Assembly: GCA_030390025.1 (NCBI GenBank)
Contig: CM059432.1
Coordinates: 31,002,001 to 31,066,000, forward strand
Reading direction: 5' to 3'
Origin: Squalus acanthias
Taxonomy: Eukaryota
Length of the DNA stretch: 64,000 nucleotides
Below the pieces are notes generated by a model. The model saw nothing but the letters and a program-made list of their open reading frames with translations, was not told the origin of the DNA and did not search any database. Made by a program: the position numbers and the translations under genes. Position 1 is the stretch's first letter. Every line of letters begins with the position of its first letter. This document shows, in pieces, positions 1 through 11,664 of this stretch.

Positions 1-49
1 GAGTCCTGCCTCCATCACGTCCCCAGTACCAAATTCCAGCCCACCATCT

Positions 50-362
50 TTCAGATGAGTCATTAAAACTGAAGTCTGCTCTCTCAGGTGGTCATAAAAG
101 ATCCCATGGCACTATTTCGAAGAAGAGCAGGGGAGTTATCCCCAGTGTCCTGGCCAATATTTATCCCTTAACCAACATAACAAAAACAGATTATCCGGTC
201 ATTATCACATTGATGTTTGTGGGAGCTTGCTGTGTGTGAATTGGCTGCCGCGTTTCCCACATTACAACAGTGTACTTCAAAAAGTACTTAATTGGCTGTA
301 AAGCGTTTTGAGACGTCTGGTGGTCATGAAAGGCGCTATATAAATGCAAGTCATTCTTTCTT
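50..362 (+). mobile_element. Deu-domain SINE (SacSINE1-like) with L2-type tail
   Basis: Core ctctcaggtgg..taaaagatcccatggcactatttcgaagaagagcagggg..gtcctggccaa and tail aaggcgctatataaatgcaag..tctttc, repeated many times in the window. Confidence 0.8.
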
Positions 363-1117
363 TACAATACAGTAAATGAAACTCACGAGTGTATTTACTT
401 AACAAAATCTACCACCATTCAGTACAAAACATTGCAGTCTTCCTTTCACCAAAGTTTCTGAAGAAAATAACATAAAGATTCTCTCTGTGCAACTCAATGG
501 AATATGAATCAATTCTGTCTATAAATCACCCAACACCATATTTCCTTACACAGCTGACCTCACCAACAACACAGTTCATGTTATGAGTGGTGACTTTAAT
601 AGCAATGGGACCACTCTGAGACTAATGAAGTTGGTGACTTGGTTGAAGCCTGGACAGAAACAAATTAACTGTTCCTTATACATGACCCCTAAGCTTCCCA
701 ACTCATTCACCAATGGTCATTGGAGATGTGGATTCAACTCCGATTTGGTATTGGTCAGTAATATTATTACCAATCCATGTGAGAAAATAGTTTTAGATTC
801 CTTCCCAAACACCAAACTATCAGAATTAAAATCAATGCGGCTGTCTCCTCGAAGACCACCTTGTTTCATCATAGTTTTAATTTTAAGACGACAGATTGGG
901 AAGGTTTCTCAGTTGAACTGGATGCGGCCATTAAAAGATATATCTGCAACACCGGAGAGCTGTGATTGCTTTGTGGAATTGATACGGAAGGTTGCTCGAA
1001 AGAATATACCACGCGGATACCGTACAAGTGATATCCCGGGATAATCTGATAAAGCTAAAGAGTCATATGAGGGTTACATAGAACGCCTCTAGACAAACCC
1101 TTTTGATACATTAACAG

Positions 1118-1390
1118 CATCGCTTATCATCGCTCCACCATTGGCGACTGTGTCTTCAGTTGCCTAGGACCTAAACTCTGGAATTCCCTCCCTAAACCTC
1201 TCCGTCTCTCTACCTCTCTTTTACTTAAGACACTTCTTAAAACCAACCTCTTTGACCAAGCTTATTGTTACCTGCCCTGATATCTCCTGATGTGGCTCGG
1301 TGTCAATTTTTTGTCTGATTACGCTCCTGTAAACCGCCTTAAGATTTTTTTCTACATTAAAGGCGCTATATAAATGCAAGTTGTTTTTAT
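1118..1390 (+). mobile_element. L2 LINE 3' fragment inserted in the Vingi-like element
   Basis: ctctggaattccctccctaaacctctcc..cttaaaaccaacctctttgaccaagc..aaggcgctatataaatgcaag(ttg)n, an L2-type 3' end. Confidence 0.7.
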
Positions 1391-1568
1391 TGTTCACAGC
1401 AGCAGGAAAGCTTGGAGGACTATATGAGTATTCAGCAATGACTCCACAAAACTGAACACACACTTCAACGTCACAGCAGATCAAGTTTCCCACCAGCTTC
1501 TCCTAAATAGCCGAGAAAGTTCCAACTGTAGTGCTAATAGGACCAAATTAGCAAGACCCCTTGATTCA

Positions 1569-2001
1569 GGGCAACACGGTGGCATAGTGGTTAGCACTGG
1601 TGCCTCACAGCGCCAGAGACCCGGGTTCGAATCTGGCCTCGGGTGACTGTCTGTGTGGAGTTTGCACATTCTCCCCGTGTCTGCGTGGGTTTCCTCCGGG
1701 TGCTCCGGTTTCCTCCCACAGTCCAAAAATGTGTGGGTTAGGTTGATTTGGCTATGATAAATTGACCCTTAGTGTTAGGGGGGATTAAATATGTGGGGTT
1801 ATGGGGATAGGATGGGATATGTTAGGGGGAATTAAATACGTGGGGTTACGGGGGTAGGGTGGGATATGTGTACTGTGGGGATTAAAGCAGGGACAGGGTA
1901 CTGGATTTGGATGATCAGCCATGATCGTATTGAATGGCGGAGCAGGCTCGACGGGCCGAATGGCCTACTCCTGCTCCTAGATTCTATGTTTCTATGTTTC
2001 T
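1569..2001 (+). mobile_element. HE1-type V-SINE (tRNA head, V domain, CR1-derived tail)
   Basis: A box tggcatagtgg, B box ggttcgaatc, V-domain gtgtggagtttgcacattctccccgtgtctgcgtgggtttcctccggg, tail (ttctatgt)n. Confidence 0.88.
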
Positions 2002-2421
2002 ATTCTCAAATATCTAACCCTGGGTTTACAAGACCATTTACCATGTGCAAACTCATAGATGGTATCAAGATATTAAAGAACAACAAAGCAGCTGGCCTCA
2101 ATGACATCCAATGTAAGCAGATCAAACACTTTGGACTGAAAGCATTTCATTGGCTGCTTGATTTGGTCAACTTATGCTCAGAGTGCTGCCACATATTCAA
2201 AATATGGCATAGTGCAAGGATCATAGCCATTTTGAAACCTGGTAAAGACCCTACAAGCCCAAAGAACTTCAGCCCAATTTTGCTATTTTGTCATACGTAT
2301 AAGTTATTTGAATGTCTCATTTTGAACCGGCTCTCTCCCCATGTGGAACAGCAGCTTATCCCAGAACAGGCAGCTTTCTGGCCTGGAAAGTCCTGCATAT
2401 GCTGATCTGGCATATTGATGG

Positions 2422-3056
2422 TGGCCTAGAAATTTGGCTGTGCAGCACCTGTTTTTTCAGCACAAAACGGTCTCCTAAATCTCCAATATGGCAGTCATGA
2501 AGCGTATGCTCATTAGGAGCCAGAAGTGTGGCGTCCACCATATTGGTAAAGGCCAAAAAATCGGCGTGCAGTGCCCACGCCTGAAACAGGCATTAGGCCC
2601 GTTCCATATGCAATTAAGGGCCTAACACCTGTTTGAGGCACCAATGCAAGATTAGTTTGCCCTGAGGCAGTCGGCGCCGGCTGTATTTAGTGAAACCAGG
2701 CCAACAAGTGGCCTAACAGGTGGTCTTTAAAGACATCACCTATTAGGCCGCAATCAAAAAGTTAAGTTTTTAAAATATACTTACCAGAAGGTGGAGCCAG
2801 AGGAGCAGGAGTGCGCCTACTGACCAAACATTAAAAGAATGCGGGCCGCAGCCGCCACCGCCACCGATTGCCCTCCCTCAGCCACCACTACTTACCTCTC
2901 AACGATCGCTCCTTCCCCCCGGCCACTGTTACCTTCTTACCTAATCGCCCACCCTTCCTGACCCAATCACCGAACCATCCCGCCCCGGTCGCGCCTCCCC
3001 CCTCTTCCTTACTTACCTGAGGCCCGCTGCTATTGTCACAGTGGAATATCTAGGCC
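2422..3056. mobile_element. Non-autonomous TIR element (MITE-like) inserted in the RT coding region
   Basis: Termini ggcctagaaattt ... gaatatctaggcc. Interrupts the RT peptide HID|DGFKQ..GAVFVD. Related to the element at 57781. Confidence 0.7.
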
Positions 3057-4195
3057 GATGGATTTAAACAAAGCGTAATAACTGGAGCTGTCTTTGTTGA
3101 CTTGACAGCTGCCTATGACACTGTTAATCACTGCATACTTGTGTAAACAGTTTTCAATATGATGAAGGATGTTCATCCCACAGAGTTCATCAGAACTTTA
3201 TTAGCGATTTGCCATTTTTCGTGGAACTATGTGGTTAGCAAAAGCAGCTGCACAGGCAATGGAATGGGATCCTCAAGGTAGTGGGCTAGCATCAATGCTG
3301 CTCAATATATATACACCAATGACCAATACATCCATCCTGATGCCAGAAGATTCCTATATGCAGAGGATCTTTGTGTTACTGGTCAAAGCTAGACTTTCGA
3401 TAGAATCAATCTAACTCTGAGCGATGTTCTAGCTGGCCTGACACAATACTACACTTCCAAATAACTGGGGGCCAATCTGGATAAGATACAGGTCTGTGTG
3501 TTCCTCCTTAAGAATAGAGAAACCAACTGGGAATTACATATTAAGTGGTACAGGAAAAGACCCTGTCTACCTTGGTGTGACACTGGATCGCACTTTGTGT
3601 AACAAGGAACAATCAAGACCAAAGCTGAAGTTGGAGCTTAGAATAACATCCTATAAAATCTGGCTAACTCAAAATCTGGCACCAATACAAACACTATCAG
3701 GACTACAGCTGTTTTTCTGCTGCCAAATATGTTTGCTCTGTATAGGAACGTGCGCCCAAGCAAACAAATTGAACTCAGATCTTAATGCCCACTGCTGTTG
3801 CATTACTGGCTGCCTTAAACCTACCAAAATAGATGATCTTTACTGGCTGCCAGTTATTGCACCTCTAGACATACGAAGAGCAGCCATAGCCAGAGCTAAG
3901 ATCCTCACCATCCATTGTGCCAGCACCATCCTGCTCACAGTAGACTGAAGTCGAGACGCAGCTTCCTGCACTCCATTAACTCTCTCGACTCCAGTGTGAA
4001 ACAGTGGAGAATTAACACCTGGAGAATACATCTACAGAATAAACCACATTGTCTGGCTATCGAACCCAATGAACATCTCCCAGCTGGAGCCTCTGAACTG
4101 TGGCCAATCTGGCAATGCCTCAACCACTTACACACTGGTACTGGTCATTCAAAAGTAATGATGTGGGAATGCAGTTTCAATGACAGTAACACAGT

Positions 4196-4600
4196 GGGGT
4201 CGATTTTGAGTGCCTTCACCTGGCTTTAACGGGATGATAATGGCCTCAAAATGAGGTCGGTGGCCTTCTCGCCCCAGTAACACTGAAGACGTGACCGGCT
4301 CCATTTTAAAAGGGGTCTACCACCAGGTGTCCAAAGTATCCACCTGATTGATGCGATAGACCCTTTTATTATGGAAATCGGGGACCTATAACATAAATAG
4401 GAGCCCAATTACCATTTTAGGTAGGAAATGAGCAGGGACTGCATTAGTTCCATGGGCAATGGAAGACAAGAGGTTCTTGACAGATCGCAAGTTCCGGGTT
4501 TTAGCTCATGCACTTCGCATGCCTAAACCCGGAACTTGCGTGGCCCCTATGGGTGCATACACACCTCGTATGCACCCATAGGGGTCGCAAAATATGGCCT
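4196..4600. mobile_element. Probable MITE-like element
   Basis: Imperfect termini ggggtcgattttg ... caaaatatggcc and an internal inverted repeat (cgcaagttccgggttt / aaacccggaacttgcg). Confidence 0.5.
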
Positions 4601-4937
4601 GGTTTCTTCACAGAAAGAATATCATGAAGTGGAGTTTGTGTAGGGTAAAGGAGGAGGCAAGAACTCTGGAATCATTTAAGAAACAACCGGGCATTTTGAT
4701 GGGTAAGCTGCAATCATTTTGTGGATGGGTGAAAGAAAGAAAGAACTTGCATTTATATAGCACCTTTCATGACCTCGGGACATTGTAAAGTGCTTTACAG
4801 CCAATTAAGTACTTTAGAACTATAGTCATTGCTGTAATGTAGGTAAAGCAGCAATCAATTTGCACACAAGAAGGTCTCACAAAGTGAAATGAGAAGTCGC
4901 ACAACACCAGGTTATAGTCCAACAGTTTTATTTGAAA

Positions 4938-4975
4938 TCACAAGCTTTCGGAGCTGCTGCCCCTTCGTCAGGTGA
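4938..4975 (-). ncRNA. Minimal type I hammerhead ribozyme motif (intact core) in the Penelope terminal repeat
   Basis: Minus strand reads UCAC-CUGACGA-A-GGGGC-AGCA-GCUCC-GAAA-GC-UU-GUGA: stem I UCAC/GUGA, stem II, conserved core, palindromic AAGCUU in place of stem III. Confidence 0.85.
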
Positions 4976-7674
4976 AGTGAAGGAATACGAATCGGCAAAG
5001 CATATATAGACAGAGAACAATGCCTGTGTAGCATACAATGTCAGACGACTACAGTTAATCTTTCTGACTGCCTTTCTTCACACCTCGGCAGAGAAACAAT
5101 CAGGTCAGCCAGGAAGGCACCACATCAAAGACATAGCAAGATACAACTGAGACAATGAGGTGGGGTCACAGGGGGTCTAATGTGTCAAATGCAGTCTGTA
5201 TGGAAAACCATAAACTTCAAAATTTTTACTTTTTTTTACTGCAAATCACATCTGTGAACAAGCCAACGACAACTCGAGTCTGGATGACTCTACGTCATGT
5301 AGCGTGACATGAACCCAAGATCCCGGTTGAGGCCGTCCTCATGGGTGCAGAACTTGGCTATCAGTTTCTGCTCGATGATTTTGCGTTGTCGAGCGTCTCG
5401 AAGGCCGCCTTGGAGAACGCTTACCCGCAGATCCAAGGCTGAATGTCCTTGACTGCTGAAGTGTTCCCCGACTGGGAGGTAATAATCCTGCCTGGCGATT
5501 GTTGCGTGGTGTCCGTTCATACGTTGTCTCAGTGTCTGCATGGTCTCGCCGATGTACCATGCTCCGGTGCATCATTTCCTGCAACGTATGAGGTAGACAA
5601 CGTTGGCCGAGTCACATGAGTATGTACCATGTACCTGGTGGGTAGTGTCCTCACGTGTGATGATGGTATCTGTGTTGATGATCTGGCATGTCTTGCAGAG
5701 GTTGCCGTGGCAGGGTTGTGTGGTGTTGTGGTCGCTGTTATCCTGAAAGCTGGGTAATTTGCTGCGAACGATGGTACTTTTGAGGTTAGGCGGCTGTTTG
5801 AAGGCGAGTAGTGGAGGCGTGGGGATGGCCTTAGCGAGGTGTTCGTCATCATCGATGACATGTTGAAGGCTGCGAAGAACATGGCGTAGTTTCTCCGCTC
5901 CGGGGAAGTACTGGATGACGTAGGGTACCCTGTTGGTTGTGTCCCGTGTTCGCCTTCTGAGGAGGTCTATGCGATTATTCACTGTGTCCTGTCGGAACTG
6001 TCGATCGATGAGTCGAGCGTCATATCCCATTCTTACGAGGGCATCTTTCAGCGTCCGTAGGTGTCCATCGCGTTCCTCCTCGTCTGAGCAGATCCTATGT
6101 ATTCGCAGGGCTTGTCCATAGGGGATGGCTTCTTTAACGTGGTTAGGGTGGAAGCTGGAGAAGTGGAGCATCGTGAGGTTGTCCGTGGGCTTGCGGTAGA
6201 GTGAAGTGCTGAGGTGTCCGTCTTTGATGGAGATTCGTGTGTCCAGGAATGAAACCGATTCTGAGGAGTAGTCCATGGTGAGTTTGATGGTGGGATGGAA
6301 CTTGTTGATGTTATCGTGTAGTCTTTTCAGTGATCCTTCGCCGTGGGTCCAAAGGAAGAAAATGTCGTCGATGTATCTGGTGTACAGCGTTGGTTGGAGG
6401 TCCTGTGCAGCGAAGAAGTCTTGCTTGAATTTGTGCATGAAGATGTTGGCGTATTGGGGTGCGAATTTGGTCCCCATGGCTGTTCCGTGTGTTTGGCTTC
6501 CACCCTAACCACGTTAAAGAAGCCATCCCCTATGGACAAGCCCTGCGAATACACAGGATCTGCTCAGACGAGGAGGAACACGATGGACACCTACGGACGC
6601 AGAAAGACGCCCTCGTAAGAATAGGATATGACGCTCGACTCATCGATCGACAGTTCCGACGGGCCACAGCAAAAAATCGCATAGACCTCCTCAGAAGGCG
6701 AACACGGGACACAACCAACAGGGTATCCTACATTGTCCAGTACTTCCCCGGAGCGGAGAAACTACGCCATGTTCTTCGCAGCCTTCAACATGTCATCGAT
6801 GACGACGAACACCTCGCTAAGGCCATCCCCACGCCTCCACTACTCGCCTTCAAACAGCCGCCTAACCTCAAAAGTACCATCGTTCGCAGCAAATTACCCA
6901 GCTTTCAGGATAACAGCGACCACGACACCACACAACCCTGCCACGGCAACCTCTGCAAGACATGCCAGATCATCAACACAGATACCATCATCACACGTGA
7001 GGACACTACCCACCAGGTACATGGTATATACTCATGTGACTCGGCCAACGTTATCTACCTCATACGTTGCAGGAAAGGATGCACCGGAGCATGGTACATC
7101 GGCGAGACCATGCAGACACTGAGACAACGTATGAACGGACACCACGCAACAATCGCCAGGCAGGATTGTTACCTCCCAGTCGGGGAACACTTCAGCAGTC
7201 AAGGACATTCAGCCTCGGATCTACGGGGAAGCGTTCTCCAAGGTGGCCTTCGAGACGCACGACAACACAAAATCATCGAGCAGAAACTGATAGCCAAGTT
7301 CTGCACCCATGAGGATGGCCTCAACCGGGATCTTGGGTTCATCTCACGCTACATGACGTAGAGTCATCCAGACTCGAGTTGTCGTTGGCTTGTTCACAGA
7401 TGTGATTTCCTGTAAAAAAAAGTAACATTTTGATGTTTATGGTTTTCCATACAGACTACATTTGACACATTAGACACCCTGTGACCCCACCTCATTGTCT
7501 CAGTTGTATCTTGCTATGTCTTTGATGTGGTGCCTTCCTGGCTGACCTGATTGTTTCTCTGCCGAGGTGTGAAGAAAGGCAGTCAGAAAGATTAACTGTA
7601 GTCGTCTGACATTGTATGCTACACAGGCATTGTTCTCTGTCTATATATGCTTTGCCGATTCGTATTCCTTCACT

Positions 7675-7712
7675 TCACCTGACGAAGGGGCAGCAGCTCC
7701 GCAAGCCTGTGA
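7675..7712 (+). ncRNA. Hammerhead ribozyme motif, mutated copy
   Basis: tcac-ctgacga-a-ggggc-agca-gctcc-gcaa-gc-ct-gtga. GAAA is changed to GCAA and the conserved U before the cleavage site to C. Confidence 0.75.
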
Positions 7713-7954
7713 TTTCAAATAAAACTGTTGGACTATAACCTGGTGTTGTGCGACTTCTCACTTTTGTCCACCCCAGTCCAACACCGGCATCTCCGCATCA
7801 AAGTGAAATGAGGTAATGATCAGATAATCTGTTTTAGTGATGTTGATTGAGGGATAAATGTTGGCCAGGACACAGGAAGAATAGTGTCGTAGGATCTTTT
7901 ACCACCTGAGAGGGCAGATTAATGTTTAACGTTTCATCCAAAAGACGGCACTTC

Positions 7955-9360
7955 TGTAAGGGGTTCGGTCGTAGGTGCTTGTGCGGGGTTAGGCCTTCGT
8001 TGCCTAATACTATTGCTTGCTCTGGTCTCCGGCCAGCCTTGTTGCAATAAGCACCTGTGAGTGGTTCGACCCACTCGCCCTTACGGTTCTAACACTGGAC
8101 TTAGGTGCGAGAGCAGTAATGCAGAGAAAACTCAAATAGACCCAGTTGAATCGTACGAAATGGAAATCTTTATTGCATAGCGTCCAAAATCATGAAGTAC
8201 ATGTCATAGGCACAAATTAACGATAGTACAAGTATACATACATTCATAAAGCTTGGTCTATGGTAATGAAGAACGCACGGCACATCGTAAAAAAAGGGGG
8301 AACACATTATACTTTATCCTTAATAAAACCACCCTCCCCTATTAATACCTACACTACATCTAGATTTGTAGGATCGGGAAACATGCTCACCACTCGTGAT
8401 ACTTCGGAGAATTTTAAAGTGAGGCACTCGGCTCGTTTCGCTGCAGCACCTGACTGTCATGTGTTTGGAGGGGTCTCTGTACCCCACTTGTTTATCTTCG
8501 CTGCTGCGGCAGGCAGGCCCGACTCCCTGTTGTCATGACGAACTCGACAGAACTCGGACACGGTTGTAGAAGTCCAGAGAGACAGTCAAAAGCTCACCAG
8601 TCAAGCGAGTCCATGAAGCGGCAAGCGAATAATTGTTCAGCAGTCATCAGCGAGATAAAACAGTCAAGAGTTCAGCCCGAGTCAAGAGTCAGCAGAGATA
8701 AGAGTCGAATCCAGAGAATAAGCCTTTGATGGACATTTGTTCACTATAGTTATAGTGCTGTGTTCCCTTATCTCCCGCTCAAATCTTAATGTTTGTCCTT
8801 TGTGAAATGCTGGTGCACAAAACTCCCAGCATGGGGCGATTCTTTCCTTTAATGGGTTTCGGTAGCACCTTAAACTGGCCAACTATCCGTTAATGTTTTC
8901 CCCATTGTCGAACCGGCTAGGAGTCTCCCTGACTGGTTTTGGGGCCTCCTCGAATACTGACTTAATCACCCGAGAATGGCTCTCTCATTGTAGAGCCGTG
9001 GGGAATTTGCGTATTGATGTATCTGGATGGGCCTTCGATTGCCCATTACAATGGTCCTTACTTGTGCATGGAAAATGATTCCAGCACTTATATCTTTGCT
9101 ATTGTGTCGAATGCAGACAGGTTGCATCCTGTCTTTATCAGTGTTTGCTGCGTATTGACCAATCTTATACTGAAATGTTTATTCGAACGCCATCTTGTCT
9201 GCCCACTGAAAATCCTGGAAGCTTCTGCCACGAGGCGCAGCAGCCATTTTACAGGCTTCTGTGTCCTGTTTAATCATGACAGCATTTCGTTGAAATAAAA
9301 CTGATGAAACGAATCTGCTTTATCTCGTTATTTCGAATCGCGATAATTGCAAATTTTACA
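7955..9360 (-). mobile_element. Solo LTR (ERV- or Gypsy-type), 1406 bp
   Basis: Starts TGTAA and ends TTACA, flanked by 4-bp TSD cttc (7951-7954, 9361-9364), inserted precisely in a SINE. AATAAA on the minus strand at 8169-8174 suggests the orientation. No coding homology seen. Confidence 0.8.
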
Positions 9361-11394
9361 CTTCTGACAGTGCAACACTTCCTCAGTACTGCACAGAAGT
9401 GTCAGCCTGGAGTGGAGCTTGAACTCACGACCTTCTAATTCAGACACGAGAGTTCCACCACTGAGCCAAGGTAGACAGCTGAATATGGATGTGCTAAAGG
9501 CCTGATTCATCCATTCCTATCATAAACTTGTGAAAGGGCTGTAATACTCTCCAGAGTCAAATAGTGTACTGACATCGTCACTTTGCTAAGGTACTGTCCA
9601 TAAAACCCTTCACCAGGAACACTCAGGGCCTTTGAGAGAGCAGTAAATTGTGGGGAAAAAGAATCCCAATGTAATATTAATTAATTTATTTTAAGCTCAT
9701 CAAGATGAAGAACATTAGTAATTAGAAAATGGAACACTTTCTATTTCAAGCAGCCCTGCCCTCCCCAAGATGTTTCTAATTGTAACTTTTCATGTGGAGC
9801 TAGAGAGGAGAACTTTGAACAAAAAAGCACTCCAATACACTTACCTTCATTCCCCTTTCATAACTTTAAATTATCCCTTATTCGGTAGTTACAGCAAGCA
9901 GCTAAAAGTATTTGGTGTTATTTATGGATGTTACAGAAAATATGGCAGAGATCCTGGAATGAAAGTTATTGTTTTAATAAGAAAATGAAAAACAAGTATT
10001 AATAACAATCAAATTTAGATTGTGTTTGCCAACGTAAATGGGCCTATGTGCATTAACAGTAAAATGAGATGGATTTATAACACTCTAGAATCAGTGACAG
10101 GTTGCCTTCCTATATCAATTACGCATTAAGCACTGAGAATTTTACCTTAATATTCTCTATTGGATCTTGGGGGGCCCATCAATGTTTTGATTGGTGAGCC
10201 CATTTGAGCAATATATTTAACTCATGGTACTATATGGTGGGTGAGTCACACATTCTGACAAAGGAACCAACAAAGAGTCCAGGTCCACACTTAGAAAAGT
10301 CTGATTCCTCGAGCTGCTTTCAGGCTGTCCAACTGCCAGCACCTCCATACCTCGGCAAAGCTCTTGGTTAGACTGTAATGTTGATCATACACTGATTTAT
10401 TGCAAATGCTTCTAACAACAAGGTGACTTTGAGTGTGCTGACTGTTTAAACCCATTTGTGTATTGATTTATGTTTCACTTTTTAATTTTGTGTTCAGCAA
10501 GATGAGGAAACATTTTGCTGGTGTCAGCATTCAGACCAGGCCAGGCGTAGCAGGGTTAAACACAAAGTTAAGTTCCCTCTACTCCAGCCTCACAAGAGGG
10601 TCAGTCTGATATTTTTCCAATTCCCATCTATGACCACTTTGGCGCTAAATTAGATGTAATTTTGTACTGTAGCCTGCAACACTGCATTAACAGACAACGG
10701 AGACTTGTACCCCATTGGTCTAGATTGGATTTGAACCCAGGTTCCAAATATCTAAGCACAGTGAATAACCGACTGCACTACTCTCTAAGATAAGTGTAGG
10801 TGATAGAGCATGCCCATGTGTCTTTAACGTACTCTTGGAACTTCTAATATTCAGTTTGAACCTCATTTTGATGTCTCCTTAGAAACTCTTGGTGTGGCTT
10901 GCATGGCTGGTTTCTAAACAATCTGACAACATTGACTTTCATAGCTCAAAGCTACCCAGCCATATGTAGTCTGTCCAGTTTTTCATCTGTGGGACCTAGT
11001 TTCCCAGAATTCCGGGACCCACCCTTCAGGTTTTCCTAGAATTCAGTGATGAGATTCAAAGATCTCTCTATGCTACAACTCTCTGCCCCTTTTATTTGGT
11101 GCTCTGTTTTTAATTGTCACAATTTTTCAGCAGGCTCTGCTGCCCTCACAATATGTGTCTATGAATGTGTATATAGTTTTTGATGGACATCCATATGTGT
11201 GCAGTGTACAGCTATCAAATACATGTGTATTTGATCGCTGTTATGTATGTACTTGAATCCAGCTCAGACTTTAGGTTGAAAACCTTTGCCAGTTTTATGC
11301 ATGTTTATGTTTCTTTGTATATTTCACTTACTATTTACTGCACATTCCTTTTAAAACATGATTGGCTAAATCATAACTCCGCATTAATCATGAG

Positions 11395-11650
11395 TCCTTC
11401 AGTTGAGGTATTAAACCAAGGTCCGGTATTTTTTTCCGAGGATTCAGGTGGGCAGCACAGTTCCCATGGCACTATTCAAAGAAGAGCATGAGGTTTTCCT
11501 AGGTGTCCTGGCCAACATTCTTCCCTCAACCAATACCACCAAAAACAGATTAACTGATCATTCATCTCATTGCCAGCACAGAAAGGCCACTACAGTTGCC
11601 TACACAACAAAGTCACTGCACTGATTCACTGTGTGAAATGTTTTAATCTG
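11395..11650 (+). mobile_element. Deu-domain SINE, diverged
   Basis: cccatggcactattcaaagaagagca..gtgtcctggccaaca core. Confidence 0.7.
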
Positions 11651-11664
11651 ACAAGACAATATTT

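Larger units (their letters stand above)
540..4190 (+). mobile_element. Decayed Ingi/Vingi-like non-LTR retrotransposon (APE endonuclease + RT), interrupted by three later insertions
   Basis: Frameshifted ORF pieces: GDFNS (endonuclease), IPRGYRTSDIPG, KAAGLNDI..IIAILKPGKDP..PEQAAF.PGKS, GAVFVDLTAAYDTVNH, YLGVTLDRTL, ITGCLKPT..IAPLDIRR, WQCLNHLHTG. Clade assignment is from recalled motifs. Confidence 0.75.
4890..7798. mobile_element. Penelope-like element (RT + GIY-YIG endonuclease) as a long inverted repeat
   Basis: Minus copy encodes QTHGTAMGTKFAPQYANIFM..RYIDDIF..FLD..LYRKPT. Both arms encode VxYLIRC..WYIGET..LRQRMNGH..E..LI..GLN. Arms 4890-6155 and 6496-7760 are reverse complements. 14-bp direct repeat caaagtgaaatgag at 4880-4893 and 7799-7812. 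Confidence 0.93.
4733..9480 (-). mobile_element. Deu-domain SINE split into three pieces (4733-4893, 7799-7954, 9361-9480) by a Penelope element and a solo LTR
   Basis: Removing the two inserts gives a SINE collinear with the uninterrupted copy at 31955-32360. Confidence 0.85.

Noticed and set aside
1569..1645. tRNA gene
   Set aside because: The A and B boxes belong to the SINE head and continue into the V domain and LINE tail.
6459..7361. 300-aa ORF as a domesticated GIY-YIG gene
   Set aside because: Its start is a chance read-through from the antisense spacer, and it is simply the right arm of a recent Penelope insertion. No evidence of selection.
8260..9298. Short ORFs inside the solo LTR as viral accessory genes
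   Set aside because: All under 100 aa with no motifs I recognise; cannot be supported without a search.
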